Below, one piece after another: positions 1 to 9,217 of a DNA stretch of 64,000 bases. How positions within the stretch are numbered: position 1 is the stretch's first letter; each line of letters starts with the position of its first letter. This DNA comes from a bacterium. GTDB lineage: Bacteria; SAR324; NAC60-12. The translations under genes and the position numbers were made by a program. The notes below the pieces were generated by a model. That model worked only from the letters and a program-made list of their open reading frames with translations. It was not told where the DNA came from and ran no database searches. The stretch lies in the NCBI GenBank assembly GCA_965209155.1, contig OZ242383.1, positions 4,064,001 through 4,128,000 of the forward strand. Direction: 5' to 3'.

Positions 1-1051
1 CTGCCCGGGTGAAAGTCGTGCCCGTCATCTGGGTTTCAGGTCGACCCGTCAACGGGTCAGACCACATGCCGGACATGTATTTTTCATCCTTGGTGCCTAC
101 CAGGGGATCTTTTTCCAATGTGTCGTATTTATAACCCACCATCTCCCTGCCTTCTTGTTGAAAACGCACTTGCCAATAACTGGTGTTCCCCGACATGAAG
201 AACGCCTTGCCGCCTTGTTCGATAAAGGATTCTACGGCGTCGCGTTCAGCCCAGGACCAATATTCATCATGGCCGACACTCAGATAACATTGATAAGGGA
301 ATAAGCACTGAGGGTTTTCATCCAGATCGTACTGAGCATAGTAATCCAACTCATATCCATTTGCTTCAGCCCATACCACAAACTGATGTTCCCAATTATT
401 GAGAAAGCCTGTAGGCGGATCCCATGCCGGAAAATCCAGATCCAATACTCGATCAAGCACGAAGTCCGCGCTGTTTGCATTTTCCTGAAACCCGCGAGGT
501 GTCCTCGCCCCCAAACGCATCCTCACCGGCGAGGCGATCAGATAGCGGGAAAACGGCCGGTCCAGGGACAAAATCGGAGATCGATCTCCTGTCATATCAA
601 ACTTCGATCCGTCCGTCCCATAGAGGCACATCCCTCCCCAAGAATTATAGGCTTGGTAGGTATTGGTTGCGAGGACAAGAGCAAGCTTGGCTTGTCTTCC
701 CGGGGTCGGATTTTTGATCACCACAAAATGCTCGCAATTCGAATTTTCCGCAATCAGTTGCACACGATAATAACCACTCCTCCATTCCCCGGGAACGTTC
801 AGTTCAAACGCAACGGGCCACTGACAACCCGTTCGGTAAACCTCAGCAGGAATCTCTTGGGGAGCGGCGCTATAGCCATCTTGTTCAAAGACAACAACTT
901 CCTGGGCGCCGAGACGAGAAATCCTGCAAGCAAATGCAGGTTCCGGACTGGAGACACGGAACCCAATCGTTTCGCCCGGTAAAAAGCTCAGCTTGTCGGT
1001 GTAGCACCAGAGGGATGATTCATAGTAAGTTCGGTCACGTCGATTTGTCAT
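1..1051 (-). CDS. N,N-dimethylformamidase beta/large-subunit family protein (3' end runs off the window)
   Basis: Absent from the ORF track. Manual minus-strand translation from ATG 1051 (MTNRRDRTYYE) is open to the edge. It contains the family motifs TNTYQAYNSWGGMCLY, LSLDRP, SVGHDEYWS and MSGNTSYWQVR. Confidence 0.85.
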   Translation of the reverse strand, partial: MTNRRDRTYYESSLWCYTDKLSFLPGETIGFRVSSPEPAFACRISRLGAQEVVVFEQDGYSAAPQEIPAEVYRTGCQWPVAFELNVPGEWRSGYYRVQLIAENSNCEHFVVIKNPTPGRQAKLALVLATNTYQAYNSWGGMCLYGTDGSKFDMTGDRSPILSLDRPFSRYLIASPVRMRLGARTPRGFQENANSADFVLDRVLDLDFPAWDPPTGFLNNWEHQFVVWAEANGYELDYYAQYDLDENPQCLFPYQCYLSVGHDEYWSWAERDAVESFIEQGGKAFFMSGNTSYWQVRFQQEGREMVGYKYDTLEKDPLVGTKDEKYMSGMWSDPLTGRPETQMTGTTFTRA

Positions 1052-1054
1052 TTT

Positions 1055-1168
1055 TCAATCGTAAATCCTGGTTTGCTTTGCGGGTTCGGAGAGGCGATTC
1101 AACCGGTCCTGTTGATCCTCACTCAGATTCCAGCCCAGAGCGCCTAGATTGGTGCCGGGTTCTGTCAT
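1055..1168 (-). pseudogene. 37-aa ORF resembling an aldo/keto reductase C-terminus
   Basis: MTEPGTNLGALGWNLSEDQQDRLNRLSEP resembles the terminal helix of AKRs; AGAGG precedes the ATG. Confidence 0.4.
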
Positions 1169-1518
1169 TTTAACCTCTTTGTTCAAGATACTTTAATACT
1201 TGAAATGGGTTAATTTCAGACTTTCATGTCATCCTGTTGGTATGCCCACTCCGCGTACGGGATTCGGCAAAGCGAAGGATCGAATTATTGCCCTTCCCTC
1301 CATGGAATAAATTTTGTATATACGCTCTTCAAATATTAATCAAGCTTTTTTTAAATATGTGACTCATTCATGAGTGTCTTCTGATGATCAACGAATAAAT
1401 TATTTAGTTGAGATAAAGAAGTTAACACTTTTGTTTGGCACTTTTCAATTCCCCGTTGATCGTTTTAAAAATCCTCTGGAAGAGATGAGGTTTTACATGA
1501 CTTTCGGCTAAAATATGA

Positions 1519-1794
1519 ATGGCTGAGGCGCTGGGTGACAAGCGAGTGCTGATGCTGCGCAACCACGGGGTGCTGACCGCTGCGCCCACCGTGGCCCAGG
1601 CCTACATGGACCTTTACTTGATCGAGCGTGCCTGCATGTTTCAGCTCCTTGCGACCAAGGACGATGGAGAGTTGAACCAGATCCCGACCGAGGTGGCCGA
1701 GAAGATTGGCGCGGCAGGCCGACAGGGCCGCGACGGCCATTTCCAGGGCATGAAACAAGTCATCGAAGCACGTGAGCCCGACTACAAGCGATAG
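1519..1794 (+). pseudogene. Class II aldolase/adducin family, C-terminal fragment
   Basis: LMLRNHGVLT motif present, N-terminal two thirds missing; visibly GC-richer than the flanks. Confidence 0.75.
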
Positions 1795-1824
1795 ACAGGA
1801 ATTCTTTGGAAAGTCCCCTGGATT

Positions 1825-1860
1825 CCTGGGCAAGGACTAGGCGTCCCCCCGGCAATGACA
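1825..1860. repeat. Degenerate copy of the palindromic MITE-like repeat
   Basis: 1815-1860 reads CCCCTGGATTCCTGGGCAAG...GGCAATGACA, resembling CCCCCTGGATTCCTGCTCAAGCCAGGAATGACA at 24275-24307. Confidence 0.4.
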
Positions 1861-2622
1861 AATCAAACTAAATCTTAGACCTCAAGAATAAGGGCCAGAA
1901 ATGACCTCACACCTGACTAGGCTGAGAGAAAATATCAGAGGTCCAAAAAGTGGTCAAAGACGATACGCCGATTTAGACAGCTTAGATTAGAACTGTTTGG
2001 TTTTGTCCATAATCAGAGTCAAGCTCCCTACGGACCTAGACCTCAAGCAGATGCAGCAGTTCGGGCGAAGTTCGCGCCGCGAGTCGGATGGCCCTAAGTC
2101 TGCTCGAAACCGCCGCCTAACACACACTAAAAACTTAAGGTCAAGAAAAAATAGTTCTCCATGAACGTAGGGCATCTCGTTTTCTTGACCGTTTGTTAGT
2201 TTTTGCCACGAACTTCGGTGAGGGAGTGACAAGCCTCTTGAAGGATCCATTTTGCTTTCCGCAACGGGCTATGTCATCGACTCCGCCGAAGTGGCAGAGT
2301 CGAAGGGGCAGATATCCTGCAAAATTACCTTGCTCTTGCACTAAAATCAACAAATCCTTCCTCAATTTCCCTGGGCCTGTACGCCGAGCGGGCACCCCGC
2401 TTTACACACTCATTTGCAAATGGTAAGGTCGCTGCAAATTTTTGATTTTCCAATGTGGCCCTTCATGGATTTGCTTAGTGATGGTGTAACCAGGCAGACA
2501 AAACATCTGATTTCCTTGCATCGGAGTGTTCAATATAGGGAAACACTAAGGAAGATTAAATTAAAAAAGGAATGCGGTTTGCGTGTCAGATGAAAGGTGA
2601 TGCTTATCTTTCTATTCCTGCA

Positions 2623-3501
2623 TCAACGATGACGGGGTAGAGGGAGGTTGCGTTCAGCGATGATGGATTCCATGCGAGCACGTACGTTTTCCTTGGTCCT
2701 TACCAGAGAGGCTGGGTTGGGTACCGTGATGAGGTAGAACCGTTCCTCTTTGATGGCATCAAGCACCCGGTCGGCTACTTCCGATGGTGGCATCCCGTAT
2801 TTTTGATGGCCCTCGTAGACTGCTTTACTATTCGCTTCTATCTTCGCCTGCCGCTCAGCCCCATGCTCGTCTTTCAGGGTTGACGGCCGGTTCCGTCCCG
2901 CCAGGTCCAGATTGGTCGCAACTGAGCCGGGGCAGAGCAAGGTGCACTTCACCTTGCTGTTTCTGTGCGCAAGGTCATAATACAAAGCCTCCGTGATCCT
3001 GGTCACGCCAAACTTGCTCACTTGGTAGGGCCCAATTGGTCCGGCACCGGTCTCAATTCCGTGTACAGAAGAATTATTGACCACGTGTCCCGCTTCATCC
3101 TGTTCAATCATGAGCGGTAAAAAAGTACGTACGCCGTGGATGACTCCCCAGAGGTTGACACCCAGCACCCATTCCCAATCATGCATAGTGGAATCCCAAA
3201 TGGCGGTCGCACCATGGCTGACGACACCGGCATTGTTGCAGAGGATGTGAACCTTGCCGTATTGCTCAAGGGTCCGATTGCGCAGTGCCTCGACCTGTGA
3301 TAACTGTGAGACATCGACCAATTGACCGATCACATCGAGTCCCTGCCCTTGCAGTTCCTCCACTGCGGTGTCCAGCGCTTTTTCCTCGACATCAGCCAGC
3401 ACCACTTTCATGCCTTCACGCGCGAAACGTTCTGCTAACGCATGGCCCATGCCGCTGGCTGCTCCCGTGACCACGGCCACTTTGTCTTTGAATTCTTGCA
3501 A
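2623..3501 (-). CDS. Short-chain dehydrogenase/reductase (SDR)
   Basis: TGAASGMG, NNAG and YxxSK (YQVSK) motifs. Confidence 0.92.
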   Translation of the reverse strand: MQEFKDKVAVVTGAASGMGHALAERFAREGMKVVLADVEEKALDTAVEELQGQGLDVIGQLVDVSQLSQVEALRNRTLEQYGKVHILCNNAGVVSHGATAIWDSTMHDWEWVLGVNLWGVIHGVRTFLPLMIEQDEAGHVVNNSSVHGIETGAGPIGPYQVSKFGVTRITEALYYDLAHRNSKVKCTLLCPGSVATNLDLAGRNRPSTLKDEHGAERQAKIEANSKAVYEGHQKYGMPPSEVADRVLDAIKEERFYLITVPNPASLVRTKENVRARMESIIAERNLPLPRHR

Positions 3502-3522
3502 TTCCGTCTCCCTTTAGCCCTG

Positions 3523-4545
3523 CTAGCCGCCAGTGCGGGTGAGATCCTCACTGACCTGAATCAGCAGTTTGCCGAAGTTCTTGCCCTGCATCATGCCGAT
3601 GAATGCTTCGGGGGCCTTTTCCAGTCCAACGATGATGTCTTCCTTGTACTTGAGTTTACCATGGCGCACCCACCAGGCCAGCAGGGCATGCGCCTCTTCA
3701 TGACGATCCTTGTACTGTCCTTGATTGGTGCCTTCCATGCGCGCCAGTCCCCCTTGCACGTAGCGGTTAATCCGCAGGCCCCGCAGGGTGCCGATCGGAT
3801 CATTGTACTCGGCAATGGAACCGCAGAGGGGAATACGCGCCCCGGTGTTGATCTGCCCCAACACTACATCCAAGACGGGTCCCCCAACATTGTCAAAGTA
3901 AACATCAATGCCATTGGGACAGGCTTTGGCAAGCCCGGCTTCCAAATCCTCATTGCGATAATCAACCGCGGCATCAAAGCCCAGTTCCTCGACGACGTAG
4001 TCACATTTTTCATGACTGCCCGCGATGCCGACCGCGCGACAGTCCTTGAACTTGGCGATCTGTCCGACAACGGCTCCAACAGCCCCGGCTGCCGCTGAAA
4101 CCACGACCGTCTCTCCGGCCACCGGTTTTCCCACTTCCAGCAGACCAAAATAGGCGGTCACTCCCGGCATACCCACAACCCCAAGCGATGTGGAAATCGG
4201 GACCAGTCCCGGATCCAGGACTCGCAACTCTTCACCAGGAACCACGCCATAACTCTGCCAGCCATAACCTCCCACGTACTGGCACACGAATTGGCCCTCC
4301 TGGAAGTCCGGGTGACGGGAGGAGACCACTTGGCCGGTCACTCCACCAATCAGGACCTGGCCTACCGCTTCCTCATTTCTCATCCTTCCCCTCATGTAGG
4401 GATCCAGCGAAAGATAGATGGTCCGCACCAACACTTCCCCGGCCCCTGGCTGGGGGATGGGATTCTCCACCAGTTCAAAATCTTCCAGAGCCGGCATACC
4501 CTGGGATGTGCGCTTCAAGATAACCTGTTTGTTGACTTCACTCAT
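3523..4545 (-). CDS. NADP-dependent oxidoreductase (CurA/prostaglandin reductase-like MDR)
   Basis: YLSLDPYMRGRM, VSAAAGAVG, YFDNVGG and GKNFGK motifs. Confidence 0.92.
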   Translation of the reverse strand: MSEVNKQVILKRTSQGMPALEDFELVENPIPQPGAGEVLVRTIYLSLDPYMRGRMRNEEAVGQVLIGGVTGQVVSSRHPDFQEGQFVCQYVGGYGWQSYGVVPGEELRVLDPGLVPISTSLGVVGMPGVTAYFGLLEVGKPVAGETVVVSAAAGAVGAVVGQIAKFKDCRAVGIAGSHEKCDYVVEELGFDAAVDYRNEDLEAGLAKACPNGIDVYFDNVGGPVLDVVLGQINTGARIPLCGSIAEYNDPIGTLRGLRINRYVQGGLARMEGTNQGQYKDRHEEAHALLAWWVRHGKLKYKEDIIVGLEKAPEAFIGMMQGKNFGKLLIQVSEDLTRTGG

Positions 4546-4772
4546 TTTCAACCTCTTTACTTGTTGTCTTTAGGCTTCCAGTTTAGTCAAAGGCGGCAAC
4601 GATCTCTTCTTCTACTTGCTGCAAGGCTTCAACATTACCAGAGGGAATATAGCCGAACATGTACGCCCGAAGGGGCGCTGTTCCAGTGTCCCTGTCATAA
4701 TAGGCAATCGCTTCATCCATTTCATCGTCGTCAACTTCGAGCGCGAGGAGCCGAACGGGTGCGTGGACTCGG

Positions 4773-5099
4773 CTAGAACCCCATTTCTTTCTTCAGCGCC
4801 TGGTCAACCCAGAGGCGGGCGAAGAGGGTCTTCCAATTCGTATCTCCAAATGAGCCTTCCCCGTTATACCCTTTGAGCCACGGCTGGCTCACGTGAAAGT
4901 GTGGGGCATCGGGACCCCAGATGAACCAATGCTGCTTGGTGATGTACATATCTGCCTCCCGGAAATATTTCTGGTAACTCTCGAGGTCATTCGCCGCGCG
5001 AAGGGCATCAATGAGCTTGTCAAACTCCGGGTCTTTGCAGAAGCAGGGGTTCCATACTTTCGCGCCTCCATGGAAGCGGGCCACGACATGCTCAGCCAA
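4773..5099 (-). pseudogene. ABC peptide/nickel substrate-binding protein, C-terminal fragment
   Basis: DPEFDKLIDA...QPWLKGYNGE...ARLWVDQ is typical of the SBP family 5 C-terminus; no upstream portion present. Confidence 0.7.
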
Positions 5100-5306
5100 G
5101 AATGCAGAACCACTCTGGGAACCCTCTTTTTCACTAAAACAACTTAGTGAAAGTATGATTATAGCAATATATATTTTTTTTTAATTATGTAAACCCCCAA
5201 ATGATAAAAAATGCAGGCTTCGTAAAAAATAGTCATCACCACCGGCAGAGCCGGTGGCTTGAAGAGGCCCCCAGTATGAGGGCAAAACGTGTTCGTCATC
5301 GTAAGA

Positions 5307-5707
5307 CGTGCTCGTGCTCGTGAACGAAAAAGGCTGCCATGTTAGATCATGAAAAACTCGATGTATACCAATGTTCCATCGAATTTTTAGCCTTATCTGT
5401 CCAAGTCATCGAAACATTGCCAAAAGGATACTCAGCCTTAGTTGACCAACTGAAAAGGGCCTCATGGTCGATTCCTCTCAATATCGCAGAAGGCTGTGGA
5501 AAAAATCCCTTTCCTGACAAGCAACGATTCTATGCATTTGCCCGAGGTTCCGCAATGGAATGCGCTGCTATTCTCGATGTTTTAAACGTGTTGAAGATCA
5601 TCCAGCCTCCTTTATTTGACGAAGGGAAACAGTTACTTCATCGCATTGTTTCTATGTTAACCAAAATGTGCCGTCGAATTCACTGACCGTTCACGAGCAC
5701 GAGCACG
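5307..5707. repeat. Perfect 20-bp inverted repeat flanking the four-helix-bundle gene
   Basis: CGTGCTCGTGCTCGTGAACG (5307-5326) and CGTTCACGAGCACGAGCACG (5688-5707). Confidence 0.95.
5339..5686 (+). CDS. Four helix bundle protein (23S rRNA IVS protein-like family)
   Basis: HEKLDVYQ, DQLKRASWSIPLNIAEG and ARGSAMEC signatures. Confidence 0.92.
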   Translation: MLDHEKLDVYQCSIEFLALSVQVIETLPKGYSALVDQLKRASWSIPLNIAEGCGKNPFPDKQRFYAFARGSAMECAAILDVLNVLKIIQPPLFDEGKQLLHRIVSMLTKMCRRIH

Positions 5708-6158
5708 GCTAACGGACACGGATACCTTTCTCATGTCTGACCGGCAAAGCCTATTAGGTTCGCACCAGCAGAGCTGGTGGTTTAATGAGATTAATTAAAA
5801 ATCTATCAATCAGGGAGATCTGCTTCTTTATGATCATGAGCCAAAAAGCGAAGGTTCACTTCACAATCCAGTGTTTTTTCCAATGGCGATAATGATCGTA
5901 AACGCTTTGCCAGGGAGGGAAATCAGAGTGCTAAGCGCTCTTGCTTCCATGGCTCTCGTTCTTTTTCCAAGAGTTGACTGGCTTCTTGAAAAGCCTCGAG
6001 GTGGGAAATTGATGAAAGGGAATCAATATATTTTTGAACTTTCGAGAGCATAAAGTCCTTTCTGGACTTTATGCTACGCAAAATCTGTGCTTAAATTGAT
6101 GGGTTCTCTGAAGATACCTTAATAGTTACTTGAGATCTTCCTTTCTATCGAGTGAGCC

Positions 6159-7325
6159 ATGACCGTCGTCTCGAATGATGAAGGCATCAAAATCACATTG
6201 GGCGTCGAGGAGGAGTTCTTCCTCGTCGATCCCGATTCGCGCGATCTCCTCATCGATCCCGACCCACGTATCTTCGAGAAATGTGAAAAGAACCGTGGGC
6301 CACACAGGGTCGTGCGTGAGTTTCTTCGCTCACAGATCGAAACCAATACGCGGATTTGCGAATCGGTCGCCGAGGTAAGAGCCGCCCTGCATGAGACCCG
6401 GCGAATCGTCATCGAGGCGGCTTCGCGGTATGGTGCCTCGATAATGGCGGCATCCACCCATCCTTTCGCCGCCTGGACGGCACAGTTGTCAACCCCTAAG
6501 GAACGCTACCAGCGCATTGCGTTGACCTTCCAGGACAGCGTACGACAATTCCTCGTTGGTGGGATGCACATCCACGCCGGATTCGGTGATCCGGATTCAC
6601 GCATCCGGGTTATGACCGCGATCCGGCGTTACCTCCCCTTGCTCCACGCGTTGTCCGCCTCATCGCCTTTCACTGCCGGACGCGAGACCGGTTTCAAGTC
6701 CTTTCGTCTGCATCTGGTCGGTAATCTCCCACGCACCAGCCTGCCTAATCCGATGTGGTCCCGCGCCGAGTATGACCGACTCGTGGCCGAGTACCAGCGC
6801 ATGGACTTCATCGAGGATGGCAGCGAGTTGTGGTGGGACATCCGTCCCTCCCACGCCTACCCGACTGTGGAGATGCGAATCTGCGATGTCTGTACCCGGA
6901 TCGAGGACGCCGTGTGCATCGTCGCGCTCTACGCTACGCTCATCCGGATGCTGCTGCGACAGGATCGGGAAGGTGCGTTGCCGCCTGAACCAGCCACGGA
7001 GATCATTGCCGAAAACCGTTGGGTCGCCCAACGATACGGCGTGCTCGCGTTTTTCGGTGATACGGCTCGTGGTTCCGGGCGGGTGGACATCCTCGACCAA
7101 GTGGCCGAACTCGTTGAGACCCTCACAGCCGATGCCCTTGCCCTAGGATGTGAGGCCGAGATCCGCCGTGCCCTGAGCATCATTCGTGAAGGCACCGGCG
7201 CAGATCGGCAGATTGACCTCGCCCGCCTCCGTCGCCTGGAAGGAGACACGGAGGAGATGGTTTTGCGCAAGGTGGTGGACCTGGTCCTGGCGGAGACCCG
7301 GGAGGAACTCGAAGATTCGTTTTGA
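6159..7325 (+). CDS. Carboxylate-amine ligase / glutamate--cysteine ligase family 2 (YbdK-like)
   Basis: TLGVEEEFFLVD, GMHIHAG, SASSPF and LWWDIRP...TVEMRICD motifs. Confidence 0.92.
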   Translation: MTVVSNDEGIKITLGVEEEFFLVDPDSRDLLIDPDPRIFEKCEKNRGPHRVVREFLRSQIETNTRICESVAEVRAALHETRRIVIEAASRYGASIMAASTHPFAAWTAQLSTPKERYQRIALTFQDSVRQFLVGGMHIHAGFGDPDSRIRVMTAIRRYLPLLHALSASSPFTAGRETGFKSFRLHLVGNLPRTSLPNPMWSRAEYDRLVAEYQRMDFIEDGSELWWDIRPSHAYPTVEMRICDVCTRIEDAVCIVALYATLIRMLLRQDREGALPPEPATEIIAENRWVAQRYGVLAFFGDTARGSGRVDILDQVAELVETLTADALALGCEAEIRRALSIIREGTGADRQIDLARLRRLEGDTEEMVLRKVVDLVLAETREELEDSF

Positions 7326-7465
7326 TCCAAATGACGCACCACTTCGGATCGCCTGGCTTCCACAAGCCCGCTTATGTTGCACCTCGAATTGGATGGCAAA
7401 AATCGGCGGGGGGAGTCATCCTGCAGACTAAATTGTAAGACCCAAAAAAAACTTAATTATTTATG

Positions 7466-7511
7466 TGAATCAGGAGTTAAAAAACGTGTCATTCCTGGCT
7501 TGAACAGGAAT
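7466..7511. repeat. Partial MITE-like repeat copy
   Basis: TGAATCAGGAGTTAAAAAACGTGTCATTCCTGGCTTGAACAGGAAT is the reverse complement of the right end of the 24231-24426 units, with 2 mismatches. Confidence 0.85.
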
Positions 7512-7529
7512 TTATTGACAGGTCTACTC

Positions 7530-8918
7530 GAGTTATAGTCAAATTCTGGGGATGGCAATTCAGGCGGCGATCCTGTATTGAGGAATTCCATCGACAAATT
7601 GTACTCCCTCTATCACTTCGGCTAATCGTTTAAATCCGTGTAATCGGATCCAATTTTTCTGAGCGGATTCCATTAATTTGAATGCCATCGTCAAGACGGT
7701 ATTTCTTGAGAAACAACCTCTGACTTTGGCAGTTCTCAGTTTGACAGTAGCGAAGGTGGATTCAATGGGATTGCTCGTTCTCAAATGCCTCCAATGCTCT
7801 GCCGGGAAATCATAGAAGGCCATCAAGGTCTCCTGATCTTTAATCAAGCAGTGAGTGGCTTTAGGATATTTCGCCTCATACATGTCAACAAAATGCTTTA
7901 AGGCTTTGAAAGCTTCCTCTTTGCTGCTGGCCATCCAAATTTGATGGAGACGATCCTTGGCTTTATGATGCTCCCTTTTTGGTAAATAGTTGAGAATGTT
8001 TCCCGTTTTGTGCATCCAACAACGCTGCTCTTTGCTCTGAGGATAGACTTTTTTCAAAGCTTTCCAAAATCCCATCGCTCCGTCTCCCACAGCGATTTTA
8101 GGGGCCTCAGTCAATCCCCGGTGCTTCAGATCCATCAGCAGTTCCCTCCAGGATTGCTCACTTTCCCGGTAGCCATCTTCCAAGGCAACGAGCTCTTTAT
8201 CTCCATTTTCTGTTGCCCCCACAATCACCAAGAGGCATTGTTTATCTTTATCCATTCTCACATTGCAATACACGCCATCGACCCAGAGATAAACATAATG
8301 ACTCTGGGAGAGATCCCGTTGTTTCCAGGCTTTCCAATCCTCATACCAGCTTGATTTAAGACGGCTCACTGTCGCTGAAGACAAGCCCGCCGCTCTTTTA
8401 CCTAAAATCGCTGCGAGCGCCTCCTGAAAGCCACCAGTGGAAATCCCTTTCAGATACAGCCAGGGAATCAGGGCTTCAATACTTTTACTTTTCCTCAGAT
8501 AAGGGGGGATCAACTTGGAAGAAAATCGAATCCTTTCCTCTGATGAGGTGCTTTGACGATCTTTACTCCGCGGAACTTTCACGGATATAGAACCAATTCC
8601 CGTCTGAATCTCCCGATCTTGATGATAACCATGACGAACCACTCGCTGACGTCCATCCGAGAGTCGATAGGACTGATATTCCTTCATGAATATTTCCATC
8701 TCCAATTCCAACGCTTCAGAAAGTATCTTCCTGGCTTTCACTCTCAAAAGTTCACTCAAATGATCTTCAATAATTTGCTCTGGCTTCTCCAGATCAATCA
8801 CGTTATAGTTGCTCATCGGCGTATCCTTTCTTTGATGTAATTCTATTTATTTTAAATTCCCATCAATAGGATACGCCACCTTCAAATTTAGTCCATCCCC
8901 AACTTTCGACTATATCTC
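7530..8918 (-). mobile_element. IS256-family insertion sequence, complete, 1389 bp
   Basis: 26-bp terminal IRs at 7530-7555 and 8893-8918 (21/26 match); 9-bp direct repeat GGTCTACTC at 7521-7529 and 8919-8927. Confidence 0.95.
7560..8816 (-). CDS. IS256 family (Mutator-type DDE) transposase
   Basis: YLWVDG, VGDGAMGF, QRCWMHK and RTSNPIESTF motifs. Confidence 0.95.
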   Translation of the reverse strand: MSNYNVIDLEKPEQIIEDHLSELLRVKARKILSEALELEMEIFMKEYQSYRLSDGRQRVVRHGYHQDREIQTGIGSISVKVPRSKDRQSTSSEERIRFSSKLIPPYLRKSKSIEALIPWLYLKGISTGGFQEALAAILGKRAAGLSSATVSRLKSSWYEDWKAWKQRDLSQSHYVYLWVDGVYCNVRMDKDKQCLLVIVGATENGDKELVALEDGYRESEQSWRELLMDLKHRGLTEAPKIAVGDGAMGFWKALKKVYPQSKEQRCWMHKTGNILNYLPKREHHKAKDRLHQIWMASSKEEAFKALKHFVDMYEAKYPKATHCLIKDQETLMAFYDFPAEHWRHLRTSNPIESTFATVKLRTAKVRGCFSRNTVLTMAFKLMESAQKNWIRLHGFKRLAEVIEGVQFVDGIPQYRIAA

Positions 8919-8944
8919 GGTCTACTCGTCAATGACCCAAGCTT

Positions 8945-9026
8945 GTTAAAAATCGTGTCATTCCTGGCTTGAACAGGAATCCCGGGGGATACAGGCGATA
9001 TTTTGGATACCGGATCATCCTGGTTC
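8945..9026. repeat. Diverged MITE-like repeat copy
   Basis: GTTAAAAATCGTGTCATTCCTGGCTTGAACAGGAATCCCGGGGGAT...TTTTGGATACCGGATCATCCTG aligns to the reverse complement of the 98-bp unit at 24231. Confidence 0.85.
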
Positions 9027-9217
9027 GTATATAATTTATGATTTTCTACAACCAGATTTTTGTAAAGGTGGAAAAACATGGGTTCAAGCAAAAATTTTCT
9101 TGACCATCTCGTCATGGTAAAATATTTTACTCTGCGAAGATAGTTTTCAGAACCCGTTTTAGAATCATTCGAGTTATAAAAATCAATCGATAAACATCAT
9201 TGCATCAGAAAGGAACA

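Larger units (their letters stand above)
5237..5785. mobile_element. Non-autonomous IS200/IS605-like element carrying a four-helix-bundle cassette instead of tnpA
   Basis: Subterminal hairpins CCACCGGC-AGA-GCCGGTGG (5239-5257) and CACCAGC-AGA-GCTGGTG (5763-5779), plus CTGACCGGCAAAGCC...GGTTC (5737-5761). Confidence 0.55.

Noticed and set aside
386..982. 198-aa + strand ORF and other long antisense ORFs (3442-4098, 27868-28497, 29765-30634, 48642-49403)
   Set aside because: They are shadows of well-supported genes on the opposite strand or in another frame, with no motifs of their own.
2113..2200. attC-like site (minus strand CTAACAAACGGTCAAG...CTTGACC...GTTAGGC)
   Set aside because: Box spacing does not fit attC, it is a single copy, and there is no integron integrase. 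Treated as a plain inverted repeat.
5339..5686. DGR accessory protein Avd
   Set aside because: No reverse transcriptase and no TR/VR repeat pair in the window.
7476..8980. CRISPR-like 36-bp repeat / 35-bp spacer / 36-bp repeat after removing the IS256
   Set aside because: Only two units and no cas genes; the repeat is part of a longer dispersed MITE-like element also seen at 24231 and 37742.
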